From the NCBI GenBank assembly GCA_963666515.2, contig OY762897.2:4128001-4192000 (forward strand): DNA of 64,000 bases. The letters run 5' to 3'. This DNA is from Candidatus Binatia bacterium. GTDB taxonomy: Bacteria > Desulfobacterota > Binatia > UBA9968 > JAJDTQ01. A program made the position numbers and the translations under genes. A model generated the notes under the pieces. The model had not been told where the DNA came from, did no database searches, and worked only from the letters and a program-made list of their open reading frames with translations. This document shows positions 10,056-18,917 of the stretch, piece after piece (the first letter of the stretch is position 1; every line of letters begins with the position of its first letter).

Positions 10056-10457
10056 TTGAATGTTGTCGTCGCTGCCTTTCGCAGCCGTCGTGGTGCAAGC
10101 AACCTGCTTTTGAGACTGGTGGAAGAACGGCGGTTGACGATACTATGCTCTACTCCTCTCTTCCTGGAGTACGAGGCAGTCCTGAGCCGTCCAGAGACGC
10201 GGGCAGTGACCGGCCATGGACTTGACGACGTTGAAAGGATCATGAGCACGCTTGCCGCACTCAGTGAACCGGTAGAAATTCTCTTGCACATTCGGCCGTT
10301 GCTGCCCGATGCCGGTGACGACATGGTTCTCGAAGCGGCTCTCAATGGAAGGGCAGACGCCATCGTCACGCACAATGTCAGGGACTTCGGCCAAGCGCGT
10401 CGATTTGGGATGGAGATTGCACCGCCCAACCAGATTGTAAGGAGGTTGACTGAATGA
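10056..10457 (+). pseudogene. PIN-domain toxin, probably 5'-truncated
   Basis: NVVVAAFRSRRGAS...LEYEAVL...DDMVLEAALNGRADAIVTHNVRDF is typical of putative TA PIN toxins. The N-terminal strand with the first conserved Asp (xxDTNV) is absent and an in-frame TGA lies at 10050-10052. Confidence 0.7.
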
Positions 10458-10717
10458 CGAACACGCGGCGCTACAAGTATCCGTTGCAGTTGCCTGTATC
10501 CTTGAAGGAAACGGCTATACGTCTTGCGAAGGAGGACGGCGTCTCGCTCAACCAGTGGATCGTCGCAGCAGTCGCGCAGAAGGTCGGCGCGGTCGAGACT
10601 GCAAAGTCTTTTCTCAAGGAGCGCGGAGTCGGAGCGGTGGAAGGCGATTTGAAGCGCTATCTCGACAGAGCGCCGGATGTACCTCCCGAGCTGGGCGACG
10701 AGGAGTTTTCTTCCTGA
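10454..10717 (+). CDS. Ribbon-helix-helix antitoxin (HicB-like RHH)
   Basis: YPLQLPVSLKETAIRLAKEDGVSLNQWIVAAVAQK; overlaps the PIN stop codon. Confidence 0.8.
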   Translation: MTNTRRYKYPLQLPVSLKETAIRLAKEDGVSLNQWIVAAVAQKVGAVETAKSFLKERGVGAVEGDLKRYLDRAPDVPPELGDEEFSS

Positions 10718-10718
10718 G

Positions 10719-10746
10719 TTGACACCGTGTCACGATGGGATAACAT
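10719..10746 (+). promoter_or_regulatory. Candidate sigma70 promoter with an overlapping palindromic operator
   Basis: TTGACA (10719) - 16 nt - TAACAT (10741). Perfect palindrome TGACAC-C-GTGTCA at 10720-10732 covers the -35 box. Confidence 0.45.
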
Positions 10747-10755
10747 GAGCGTCCC

Positions 10756-12240
10756 ATGCCGGCTTCCAGGTCAGAGAAGATCCGCGCGCGCCTCGGCCAC
10801 CCGATCATCGACTCCGACGGGCACACGGTGGAGTTGACGCCGGTCTACCTCGACTACCTCAAGCAGGCGGGCGGCGCGGACATCGTCGCCCGGTACGTGA
10901 AGGCCACCGCGGCGCGGGGCACCAACCGCTGGCATGACATGACGGAGGACGAGCGGCGCCGCGACTGGACGCGCTGTCCGCCGTGGTGGGCACGGCCGAC
11001 GCGCACGCTGGACCGCGCCACCGCGTCGCTCCCGCGTCTGCTCCACGAACGGATGGACGAGCTGGGGCTGGACTTCACGGTGCTCTATCCCACCGAGGGC
11101 ATGGGCGGGCCGCCGGTGTTCCGGGACGAGGAGTTGCGCCGGGTAGCGTGCCGTGCCCTCAACACGTTCCACGCCGACATCTACCGGGACTACGCCGACC
11201 GCATGACGCCGGCCGCGGTGATCCCGTTCCAGAACCCGCGGGAGGCCATGGAGGAGATGGAGCACGCGGTCAACGTGCTCGGGCTCAAGGTCATCGTCTT
11301 CACGCACCAGCGCCGGCCCATCCCCAAGGGCCAGGGCGGCCCGCCGGAGTCGGCCCAATACGCCTGGCGTCTGGACACCTTCGGAATCGACAGCGAGCAC
11401 GACTACGACCCGGTCTGGGCCAAGTGCGTCGAGCTGAAGGCGGTGCCGACCTCCCACGCCGGCTCCCAAGGCATCGGCACCCGCCAGTCGATATCAAATT
11501 ACGCGTACAACCACATCGGCCACTTCGCCGCGGCCAACGAGGCCATCTGCAAGTCGCTGTTCATGGGCGGCGTGACCCGGCGCTTCCCCGGCATCCGGCT
11601 GGGCTTCCTGGAATGCGGCGTGGCCTGGGCCTGCGTCTTGTACGCCGATCTGGTGGGCCATTGGGAGAAGCGGGGACCCAAGGGCATCCACAACCTGAAC
11701 CCGGACAACCTCGATGAGGAAGAGCTGCTGCGGCTGGTGGGCGAGTACGGCAGCGACCGTGTGAAGGAACGGCTGGACGACATCCGCAAGTTTTTCGAGG
11801 GGGCCGACGCCTCGGCTATCGGCAACTACCGCAAGGCCCACGAACTGAGACACCCGGACAACCTCGACGACTGGGCGCGGTGCAAGATCGAGGAGGCGGA
11901 GGAGATACGGGACCTGTTCGTGCCGCATTTCTTCTTCGGCTGCGAGGCGGACGATCCCACGGTGGTGTGGGCCTTCAACGCCCGGGTCAACCCCTTCGGT
12001 GCGCGGCTGAATGCCATGATGAGCTCGGACCTGGGCCACTGGGACGTGGCCGACATGCGGGAGGTGGTCCCGGAAGCCTACGAGCTGTTGGAGCGCGGGC
12101 TCCTCACCGAGGACGACTTCCGCGATTTCGCGTTCACCAACGCGGCCCGATTCTACACGGAAATGAACCCCGACTTCTTTGCCGGGACGGTGTGCGAGGA
12201 CGCGGTGGTGAAGGGCCTTTCCTCGAAGCCGGACATCTGA
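10756..12240 (+). CDS. Amidohydrolase family 2 metal-dependent hydrolase
   Basis: IIDSDGH N-terminal motif, LYPT, YDPVWAKC, PTSH, FLECG, SSDLGHWD. Confidence 0.85.
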   Translation: MPASRSEKIRARLGHPIIDSDGHTVELTPVYLDYLKQAGGADIVARYVKATAARGTNRWHDMTEDERRRDWTRCPPWWARPTRTLDRATASLPRLLHERMDELGLDFTVLYPTEGMGGPPVFRDEELRRVACRALNTFHADIYRDYADRMTPAAVIPFQNPREAMEEMEHAVNVLGLKVIVFTHQRRPIPKGQGGPPESAQYAWRLDTFGIDSEHDYDPVWAKCVELKAVPTSHAGSQGIGTRQSISNYAYNHIGHFAAANEAICKSLFMGGVTRRFPGIRLGFLECGVAWACVLYADLVGHWEKRGPKGIHNLNPDNLDEEELLRLVGEYGSDRVKERLDDIRKFFEGADASAIGNYRKAHELRHPDNLDDWARCKIEEAEEIRDLFVPHFFFGCEADDPTVVWAFNARVNPFGARLNAMMSSDLGHWDVADMREVVPEAYELLERGLLTEDDFRDFAFTNAARFYTEMNPDFFAGTVCEDAVVKGLSSKPDI

Positions 12241-12276
12241 GCCGTTCTGTTTCCAGACACGGCCAACGGGAGATTC

Positions 12277-13335
12277 ATGGTGATTCGTATCGGCGTCATC
12301 GGCGTGGGATTTGGTGCGAAGGTGCAGGCTCCGGCGTTCCAGGACGAAGGATTCGAGGTGGTGGCCATCTGCTCCCGAAGGGAGGAGCGGGCGCGCGAGG
12401 CCGCGGCGAGCCTGGGCATTCCGCACGCCTACACCGACTACCGCGAGATGCTGGAACAGCCGGACCTTGACGCGGTGAGCATCGTGACGCCCCCCAACCT
12501 CCACCACGACATGACCGCGGCGGCGCTGGACGCGGGCAAGCACGTGCTGTGCGAGAAGCCGTTCGCCATGGACGAGGCGGAGGCCAAGGCCATGCTGGAC
12601 AAGGCCCGCGGCACCGACCTGACCGCCATGGTCGCCCATGAATTCCGCTTCGCCCCCGCCCGGGCTTACGTCAAGGAATTGTTGGAGCAGGGCTACATCG
12701 GCGATTTCCAGAGCGCGTCCGTGACCCTCTTCATGAGGGGCGGTCCGCCCGGCGGGCGTCCCGGTTTCGACTGGCGCCAGCAGTATTCCTACGGCGGCGG
12801 GCAACTGGGGGGCCTGGGGTCCCACTACATAGATTGCCTGCGGGACTGGTTCGGAGACGTCTCCAGCGTCAGCGGCCGGGTGTTCACGCCGGAGAACGGC
12901 GCCCACGGCGACGACACCTCCGATGACGCCTTCGGCCTGCTCATGACCTTCGCCCGGGGTGGCTGGGCCTCCCTGGCGGCCAACTTCGCCGCGCCCTTGG
13001 GCTCGAAGGTGCGCATGGAGATACACGGCACCGACGGGAGCTTGAGCCTGTCTCACGCGGGCCCGAATCCTCCGCCCGACGGCACGGTCTTCGGGGCGCG
13101 GCACGCCGAGGACAAGGAACTGCGCGAGCTGCCCGTGCCGGAACGCTTCCACGTAGAGCCGGACGAGCGGGACGCGCGCCTGGGGGCGTTCCGGGTGCTG
13201 GCGGCAAGGTTCCGCCGCGGCATCGAGGAGGGGACCTCGCCCACCCCCAACTTCGAGGATGCCTACCGCTGCCAGCAGATCATGGACGCCGTGCGCTTCG
13301 GCGGCGCCGGAGAGTGGGCGGACATCGGGGAATAG
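12277..13335 (+). CDS. Gfo/Idh/MocA family oxidoreductase
   Basis: IGVIGVGFG Rossmann motif, AGKHVLCEKP, HYID. Confidence 0.9.
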   Translation: MVIRIGVIGVGFGAKVQAPAFQDEGFEVVAICSRREERAREAAASLGIPHAYTDYREMLEQPDLDAVSIVTPPNLHHDMTAAALDAGKHVLCEKPFAMDEAEAKAMLDKARGTDLTAMVAHEFRFAPARAYVKELLEQGYIGDFQSASVTLFMRGGPPGGRPGFDWRQQYSYGGGQLGGLGSHYIDCLRDWFGDVSSVSGRVFTPENGAHGDDTSDDAFGLLMTFARGGWASLAANFAAPLGSKVRMEIHGTDGSLSLSHAGPNPPPDGTVFGARHAEDKELRELPVPERFHVEPDERDARLGAFRVLAARFRRGIEEGTSPTPNFEDAYRCQQIMDAVRFGGAGEWADIGE

Positions 13336-13347
13336 AAGGAATCCGCC

Positions 13348-14496
13348 ATGGCGAAGAACGGCTTCAAGGTGCTCGACAGCGACATGCACGTGTTCGAGCC
13401 CCACGACCTGTACCTCAAGTACATGGACCCCAGGTGGGGCGACCGCATCCCGCGCGGCGAGCCGCGCAAGCGCCACGGGCAGATCCGCTTCACCTTCGCC
13501 GACGGCACGCCTGTGCGGCCCGGCGGTTCCGGGCTCCGATCCCCCCGGGGCGCCCAGGAGCAGCGCTTCGTCAAGGTCGCCCCCCACTACCGGAACTCCC
13601 TGGCCCGCGACTACGACCCGGTCTCGCAGCTCGACGCCATGGACGTGGAAGGACTGGATGTGGCCGTGCTGTTCCGCACCTTTCCGCTCCACTGCGACGA
13701 CGGCCTGGAGGCCGAGTACGCCATGGCGCTGTGCCGCGCCTGGAACGACTGGATCTTCGACTTCTGCAAGGAGAACCCGGCGCGGATGAAGTTCGCCGCG
13801 CTGATCACGCTCCACGACGTGGACCTGGCGGTGGAGGAGGCCCGGCGCGCGGTGGAGCAGCTCGGGGCCGCGGGACTATGCCTGGTCCCGGAACCGGTCA
13901 ACGGCAACCACATCCACGACCACTGTTTCGACCCCCTGTGGGCGGAAGCCCAGCGGACGGGAGTCCCCATCTGCTTCCATCCCGCCGGCTTTCCCAGGCA
14001 GGAACACGCGGCGCTTCGCTTCGTCGGCCACCCCAACGACGGTTTCCTGGTGAGCACCTACAGCAAGGCGCTGGAGTTGATGATGGCCATCGGCAGCTTC
14101 TGCGGCGGCGGGGTGCTGGAGCGCTTCCCCCGGTTGCGGGCGGTGTTCCTGGAGGGCAACTGCAGTTGGCTGCCGTGGCTGCTCTACCGCATGGACGAAC
14201 GCTGGCGCGACCGCAAGGACCAGCTCGACGAGCCCCTGAGCTTGCCGCCTAGCGACTACTTCATGCGCCAGTGCTTCGTGTCGGTAGATCCGGACGAGGG
14301 CCTCGTTACCGACGTCATCAGCCGGGTGGGAGACGACAACTTGGTGATTTCCACCGATTATCCCCACGACGACGCCCACTGGCCCCACGCAATGGAGACG
14401 TTCCTGGCCATCGACGGCGTCACCGACGGGTCGCGGCGAAAAATCCTGTGGGACAACTGTGCGCGTCTGTACGACGTGTCCGGCCCGGAAGGCTGA
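13348..14496 (+). CDS. Amidohydrolase family 2 protein
   Basis: VLDSDMH, FDPLW, ICFH, ERFPRL..FLEG, STDYPH, ILWDNCARLY. Confidence 0.88.
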   Translation: MAKNGFKVLDSDMHVFEPHDLYLKYMDPRWGDRIPRGEPRKRHGQIRFTFADGTPVRPGGSGLRSPRGAQEQRFVKVAPHYRNSLARDYDPVSQLDAMDVEGLDVAVLFRTFPLHCDDGLEAEYAMALCRAWNDWIFDFCKENPARMKFAALITLHDVDLAVEEARRAVEQLGAAGLCLVPEPVNGNHIHDHCFDPLWAEAQRTGVPICFHPAGFPRQEHAALRFVGHPNDGFLVSTYSKALELMMAIGSFCGGGVLERFPRLRAVFLEGNCSWLPWLLYRMDERWRDRKDQLDEPLSLPPSDYFMRQCFVSVDPDEGLVTDVISRVGDDNLVISTDYPHDDAHWPHAMETFLAIDGVTDGSRRKILWDNCARLYDVSGPEG

Positions 14497-14537
14497 CGCG
14501 GACGTTCACGCGGTAACCAGCAAGAAAGGAAAGCGCT

Positions 14538-14714
14538 ATGAGTGAGTTGAGTGCACTAATACAGGAGTTCAACGCTTTAGGACGAGAGCATCTTGACTTG
14601 GACCACGATAATCCCCAAGCGGTGAACGAATGGGAAAAGAAGTTTCAGGCATGGGAAGAGAAGTTAAAGGAATGGAAGCATGCGCAGGGGATAAGGGACC
14701 CTGGGGAGAACTAG
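14538..14714 (+). CDS. Small hypothetical protein (58 aa), below the ORF-track cutoff
   Basis: MSELSALIQEFNALGREHLDLDHDNPQAVNEWEKKFQAWEEKLKEWKHAQGIRDPGEN*. AAGGA SD upstream; fills the intergenic gap; AT-richer than its neighbours. Confidence 0.55.
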   Translation: MSELSALIQEFNALGREHLDLDHDNPQAVNEWEKKFQAWEEKLKEWKHAQGIRDPGEN

Positions 14715-14733
14715 TCGCCGTCCGCAACGCCTC

Positions 14734-15957
14734 ATGCTCACACGCTACGCACGCGGCACCTTCAGCGTCGATTGGGAGGACCGTTACGACTTCCCGGCGT
14801 TGCGGCGCAAGCGTGTCGAGAAGGCCCAGCGGGAGTTGGCGGATTCCGACCTGCCGGCGCTGCTGCTGTGGAAAGACGAGAACGTCCGCTATCTCACCAG
14901 CCTGAGAGCTCAGCTCATCACCGGCAAGACCACCGCGCTCAACGGCGTGTTGCTGGCCAAGGGCGAGGAGCCGATCCTGCTCTGCTCCGGCGGCGAGCAC
15001 GACAAGACGCGCTTCGGCATGCCCTGGCTGTCCGGCGTCCACACCATCCCCATCATGGAGCAGCGTGAGTTGACGGACGGGTTCGTCACCTCCGTCCTGA
15101 AGCCGCTGCTGAGTGACCTCAAGCTCACCGGCGGCCGCCTCGGCATCGACCAGGCGCCGCTCTGCCTCATCGAGTCGCTACGGAACCATCTCTCGGAGAT
15201 CGAGCCCGTGGACGGCGACGTGGTCATGCAGCGGGCGCGCTGGGTCAAGCTGGACGAGGAGATTGCCGTCATCGAGGAGTCCTGCGCCCTGGGCGACAGC
15301 GTCACCCAGCGGGCGCTGGACGAGACCCGCGCCGGGCGCCGGGAATGCGAGGTGGCCGGCGACGCCATGCAGACGCTCTTCCACTTGGGCGGGGAGATGG
15401 CGCACGTGATCACGCCCTACGTAGCGTCGGGCGAGCACATGTCGCCGCCCCACCGCATCTGCACCGACAAGATCATGCGCAACGGCGACCTCTGCTTCAT
15501 CGACATCGGCGCCATGTGGAACGGCTACTTCGCCGACATCGGCCGCACCACCATCGTCGGCAAGCCCACCCGCCGCCAGCAGGAGATATACACCGCGGTG
15601 TACGAGGGACTCATGGCGGGCATCGAGCGCATGCGTCCGGGCAACACCAACAAGGACGTGTCCGACGCCATCGTCGCCCGCATCGCGCGCTACGGCCTGG
15701 CCGAGAACCTGTTCAGCCTTTTCATCGGCCACGGCATCGGCATGGGCGCCAACGAGCCGCCCTACATCGGCGAGACGCTACCGGGCGCCACCGTGTTCGA
15801 CCTTCAGCCGAACATGGTGTTCGCCGTGGAGCCGCTGGTGTGGGTGCCGGACGTCCGGGGCGGCGGCGGCGTGCGCATCGAGGACATGGTGCTGGTCACC
15901 GAAGACGAGCCGCACATCCTCTCGCGGGTCGAGTACGAAGACCGGCTGCTGCTCTAG
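14734..15957 (+). CDS. M24 family metallopeptidase (Xaa-Pro/creatinase fold)
   Basis: Full ligand set IDIG..GYFADIGRT, GHGIG, AVEP, RIEDMV, plus a creatinase-like N-terminal domain. Confidence 0.88.
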   Translation: MLTRYARGTFSVDWEDRYDFPALRRKRVEKAQRELADSDLPALLLWKDENVRYLTSLRAQLITGKTTALNGVLLAKGEEPILLCSGGEHDKTRFGMPWLSGVHTIPIMEQRELTDGFVTSVLKPLLSDLKLTGGRLGIDQAPLCLIESLRNHLSEIEPVDGDVVMQRARWVKLDEEIAVIEESCALGDSVTQRALDETRAGRRECEVAGDAMQTLFHLGGEMAHVITPYVASGEHMSPPHRICTDKIMRNGDLCFIDIGAMWNGYFADIGRTTIVGKPTRRQQEIYTAVYEGLMAGIERMRPGNTNKDVSDAIVARIARYGLAENLFSLFIGHGIGMGANEPPYIGETLPGATVFDLQPNMVFAVEPLVWVPDVRGGGGVRIEDMVLVTEDEPHILSRVEYEDRLLL

Positions 15958-16015
15958 CCCATCCGTTCCGCCACCCTGTTTGCCCAACTGGTGTCGACTT
16001 GTTTTACTCGACCCT

Positions 16016-16930
16016 ATGCAGCCGGTAAGTATTCGAGCGTGGCGGCGCCCACGGACCGTGTTGCGTGGCTTGGCCTTGGGCGCGCTCGTGGGGGTCTTGT
16101 TCGCATCGGGCGCCGTCGCGGGAGAAGGGCGGCTGCAGCTTGCCTACCGCGTGTATTTTGCCGGCGTCCACGCCGGCAATCTCGGTCTCGGCGTCAGCTT
16201 CGATGCGGCGGCCTATGACGCCGATGCCGCGGCGTTCGATCTCCATGCGACGGCCTACGCGGTAGACGCACGGTTCAAGACCACCGGTCTGGCCAAGGGG
16301 CTCACGCGCTGGAAGACGACGGCCTATTCGCGTGGCACGCTCGTTCTGGGGGACGTCGTGCCGGTCCGGGCGGGGTATCGGAACAAGCAGTGGTGGAGAA
16401 AGCGTCTTGTGGAGCTTGGCTTCGACCGGGGGACGCCAACGCTCGTGCGCATGAAGCCCCGCAGGAAGCCTCGGGTCTCCCCCTCCCAGCTCAAGGGGGC
16501 GCTCGATCCCGCCGGCGCATTTCTCGCGGTGCTTGCCCGTTTCGACGCCGGGAAGGGATGCGGGCTGCGCATTCCCATCTTCGACGGACGCCGTCTCCGT
16601 GAGCTGGTGGGCGAGACGGACGGGGACGGAACCGGGCGGCTTGAGGCCGGCCGGCACTCGCCGTTCGCCGGCCCCACGGTCAACTGCCGCGTCCGGCTCG
16701 AAAGGAAGGCCGGGTTCAAGCCGAAAACCGGCGACCAGCGAGAGCGCAAGGACATCGAAGTGCAACTGCGGATGGCGCGCGTGTTCGACGAGATGCCGCC
16801 CGTGCCGGTGCGCCTTGCCAGCGACACCGGGTACGGCACCCTGGTCGCATACCTCCACCGCGCGAACCTGGACGCGGGCATACTGAAGCGCGAGTTGCGC
16901 CACCGCCACGGCAGGAAACGCCGGCGTTAG
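16016..16930 (+). CDS. DUF3108-like exported protein
   Basis: Signal-like hydrophobic segment, LAYRVYFAG, ALDPAGA, IFDGRR, PVPVRL..DTGYG. Start uncertain (15980 or 16016). Confidence 0.7.
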   Translation: MQPVSIRAWRRPRTVLRGLALGALVGVLFASGAVAGEGRLQLAYRVYFAGVHAGNLGLGVSFDAAAYDADAAAFDLHATAYAVDARFKTTGLAKGLTRWKTTAYSRGTLVLGDVVPVRAGYRNKQWWRKRLVELGFDRGTPTLVRMKPRRKPRVSPSQLKGALDPAGAFLAVLARFDAGKGCGLRIPIFDGRRLRELVGETDGDGTGRLEAGRHSPFAGPTVNCRVRLERKAGFKPKTGDQRERKDIEVQLRMARVFDEMPPVPVRLASDTGYGTLVAYLHRANLDAGILKRELRHRHGRKRRR

Positions 16931-17043
16931 TCTGAAGTTCTGGGGCCGGATTCCGGCCTGACAGCCTCTAACTCATTGTATTGGATAGACATTTGGGGAT
17001 TCAAGGGCAGATTTCAGGCGTAACATGTAGTCACTAAATAGAC

Positions 17044-17071
17044 TTGACTCATTCGGTGATTGTGCTACAAT
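17044..17071 (+). promoter_or_regulatory. Candidate transposase promoter
   Basis: TTGACT - 16 nt - TACAAT with extended -10 TG, just upstream of the transposase start. Confidence 0.5.
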
Positions 17072-17078
17072 CCCATGT

Positions 17079-18839
17079 ATGCCAAGACGCAAGGCCGCCG
17101 TACACGTCGTTACTACCACGCGTCGATACAAAGACCGAGTCTACACCACCCACCTGCTCAGGCGCTCCTACCGCGAAAACGGCAAGGTCAAAAACGAAAC
17201 CGTCGGCAACCTCTCCCACCTGCCCGATTCGGTGGTGGAACTGGTGCGCCTCGCACTCGGCGGCAAGACCCTGGTGCCGGCCGAGGAGGCATTGCAAGTG
17301 TTGCGCTCACGCCCCCATGGACACGTGGCTGCGGTGCTGGGCACGGTCAAGGCGCTGGGGCTGGAGCGGCTGCTGGACTCTCGGCACAGCGTCCAACGCG
17401 ACCGTAGTGTGGCCTTGATCGTGTCCCGGGTGCTGTGTCCGGACTCGAAGCTGGCCACGGCGCGGGCGTTGGATGCCGAGAGTGCGACGTCCACCCTGGG
17501 CGAGGAACTCGGCCTTGAGGCGGTGCAGGCCGAAGAGTTGTATGAGGCCATGGACTGGCTGGGGGAGCGTCAGGGGCGCATCGAACGCAGTCTGGCCAAG
17601 CGCCATCTCCACCACGGCACGCTGGTGCTCTACGACGTGACTTCGAGCTATCTCGAAGGGCGGCGCTGCCCGCTGGGGCGCATCGGCTACTCGCGGGACG
17701 GCAAGAAAGGCAAGCTGCAGATCGTCTACGGACTACTGTGCAACGCCGACGGCTGTCCGGTGGCGGTGGAGGTCTACGAGGGCAACACCGCTGACCCGAG
17801 CACTTTGGCGGACCAGATCCACAAGGTCCGCGAGCGCTTCGGGCTCGAGCGTGTGGTGTTCGTCGGCGATCGGGGAATGTTGACCAGTGCGCGCATCGAC
17901 GAGGAACTGCGCCCGGTGGAGGGTCTGGACTGGATCAGTGCACTACGCAGCGATGCCGTCGCCAAGCTCGCCCAAGACCAAGGCCCCTTGCAGTCGTCCC
18001 TGTTCGACCACACCGACCTGGCTGAAATCGCTCATCCAGACTTCCCCGGCGAACGCCTCATCGCCTGCCTCAACCCCCTGCTGTGCCAGGAGCGTCGGCG
18101 CAAACGCCAAGCCCTGCTGGACGCCACCGAGCAGGAACTGGACAAGATCGTCCGGGCCACCCAACGCCCCAAACGACCGCTTCGCGGTGAGAGCGCCATC
18201 GCACTGCGGGTGGGCCGGGTGTTGGGCCGCTTCAAGATGGCCAAGCACTTCGACATGACCGTCACCGAGTCCTCGTTCCGCTATCAGCGCAAATCCGACG
18301 CCATCGCTCAAGAGGCCCGCCTCGACGGCCTCTACGTCATCCGCACCTCCGTCCCTGAGCCCCTCCTCGATGCCACTTCCACCGTCAGCGCCTATAAACG
18401 CCTCGCCGCAGTCGAGCGCGCCTTCCGATGCCTCAAGACCGTGGACCTCCACGTGCGCCCGATCCACCACCGCCTGTCCCAGCGCGTGCGCGCCCACGTC
18501 TTCCTGTGCATGCTCGCCTACTACGTCGAGTGGCACATGCGGCGAGCCTGGGCTCCACTCTTGTTCGCCGAAGACGACCCCCAGGACGCCGCTCGCCGCC
18601 GCCCCTCCCCCGTCAGCCCCAGCGTGCCCTCCCACAGCTCCGAGCGCAAAGCCGCCACCCGCCGAACCCCACAGGGGCAACCCGTGCACCACTTCCGCGG
18701 TCTGCTCCGCCACTTGGCCACCCTCACCCGCAATACCCTTCAACTCCAAGGCTCAAAGCTGACCTTCCAACAACTCACCCTCCCCACCGACCTCCAACGC
18801 CTCGCCTTGGAACTCCTCCACCTCAAACTCCCCGTGTAG
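17079..18839 (+). CDS. IS1634-family DDE transposase
   Basis: RSYRENGKVK N-terminus, LYDVTSSYLEG, GYSRDGK, VFVGDRGM, YKRLAAVERAFRCLK, RPIHH..RVRAHVFLCMLAYY. Confidence 0.92.
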   Translation: MPRRKAAVHVVTTTRRYKDRVYTTHLLRRSYRENGKVKNETVGNLSHLPDSVVELVRLALGGKTLVPAEEALQVLRSRPHGHVAAVLGTVKALGLERLLDSRHSVQRDRSVALIVSRVLCPDSKLATARALDAESATSTLGEELGLEAVQAEELYEAMDWLGERQGRIERSLAKRHLHHGTLVLYDVTSSYLEGRRCPLGRIGYSRDGKKGKLQIVYGLLCNADGCPVAVEVYEGNTADPSTLADQIHKVRERFGLERVVFVGDRGMLTSARIDEELRPVEGLDWISALRSDAVAKLAQDQGPLQSSLFDHTDLAEIAHPDFPGERLIACLNPLLCQERRRKRQALLDATEQELDKIVRATQRPKRPLRGESAIALRVGRVLGRFKMAKHFDMTVTESSFRYQRKSDAIAQEARLDGLYVIRTSVPEPLLDATSTVSAYKRLAAVERAFRCLKTVDLHVRPIHHRLSQRVRAHVFLCMLAYYVEWHMRRAWAPLLFAEDDPQDAARRRPSPVSPSVPSHSSERKAATRRTPQGQPVHHFRGLLRHLATLTRNTLQLQGSKLTFQQLTLPTDLQRLALELLHLKLPV

Positions 18840-18917
18840 TCAGAACCCGTACTGCCGTCTCAATCCTATTCCCCCTAAATTCAACCACTTACGCTGTCTT
18901 GGCCTCAGAACTTCAGG

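Larger units (their letters stand above)
16932..18916 (+). mobile_element. IS1634-family insertion sequence, apparently intact (1985 bp)
   Basis: Terminal inverted repeats CTGAAGTTCTGGGGCC (16932) and GGCCTCAGAACTTCAG (18901-18916), 15/16 match. Flanked by the 6-bp direct repeat GTTAGT (16926-16931 and 18917-18922). Confidence 0.92.

Noticed and set aside
11494-13815. Long antisense or alternative-frame ORFs (e.g. 773 aa here, also 167..1099, 4071..5846, 51864..53837, 61307..63451)
   Set aside because: Shadow ORFs typical of high-GC coding DNA; they overlap well-supported genes and show no motifs.
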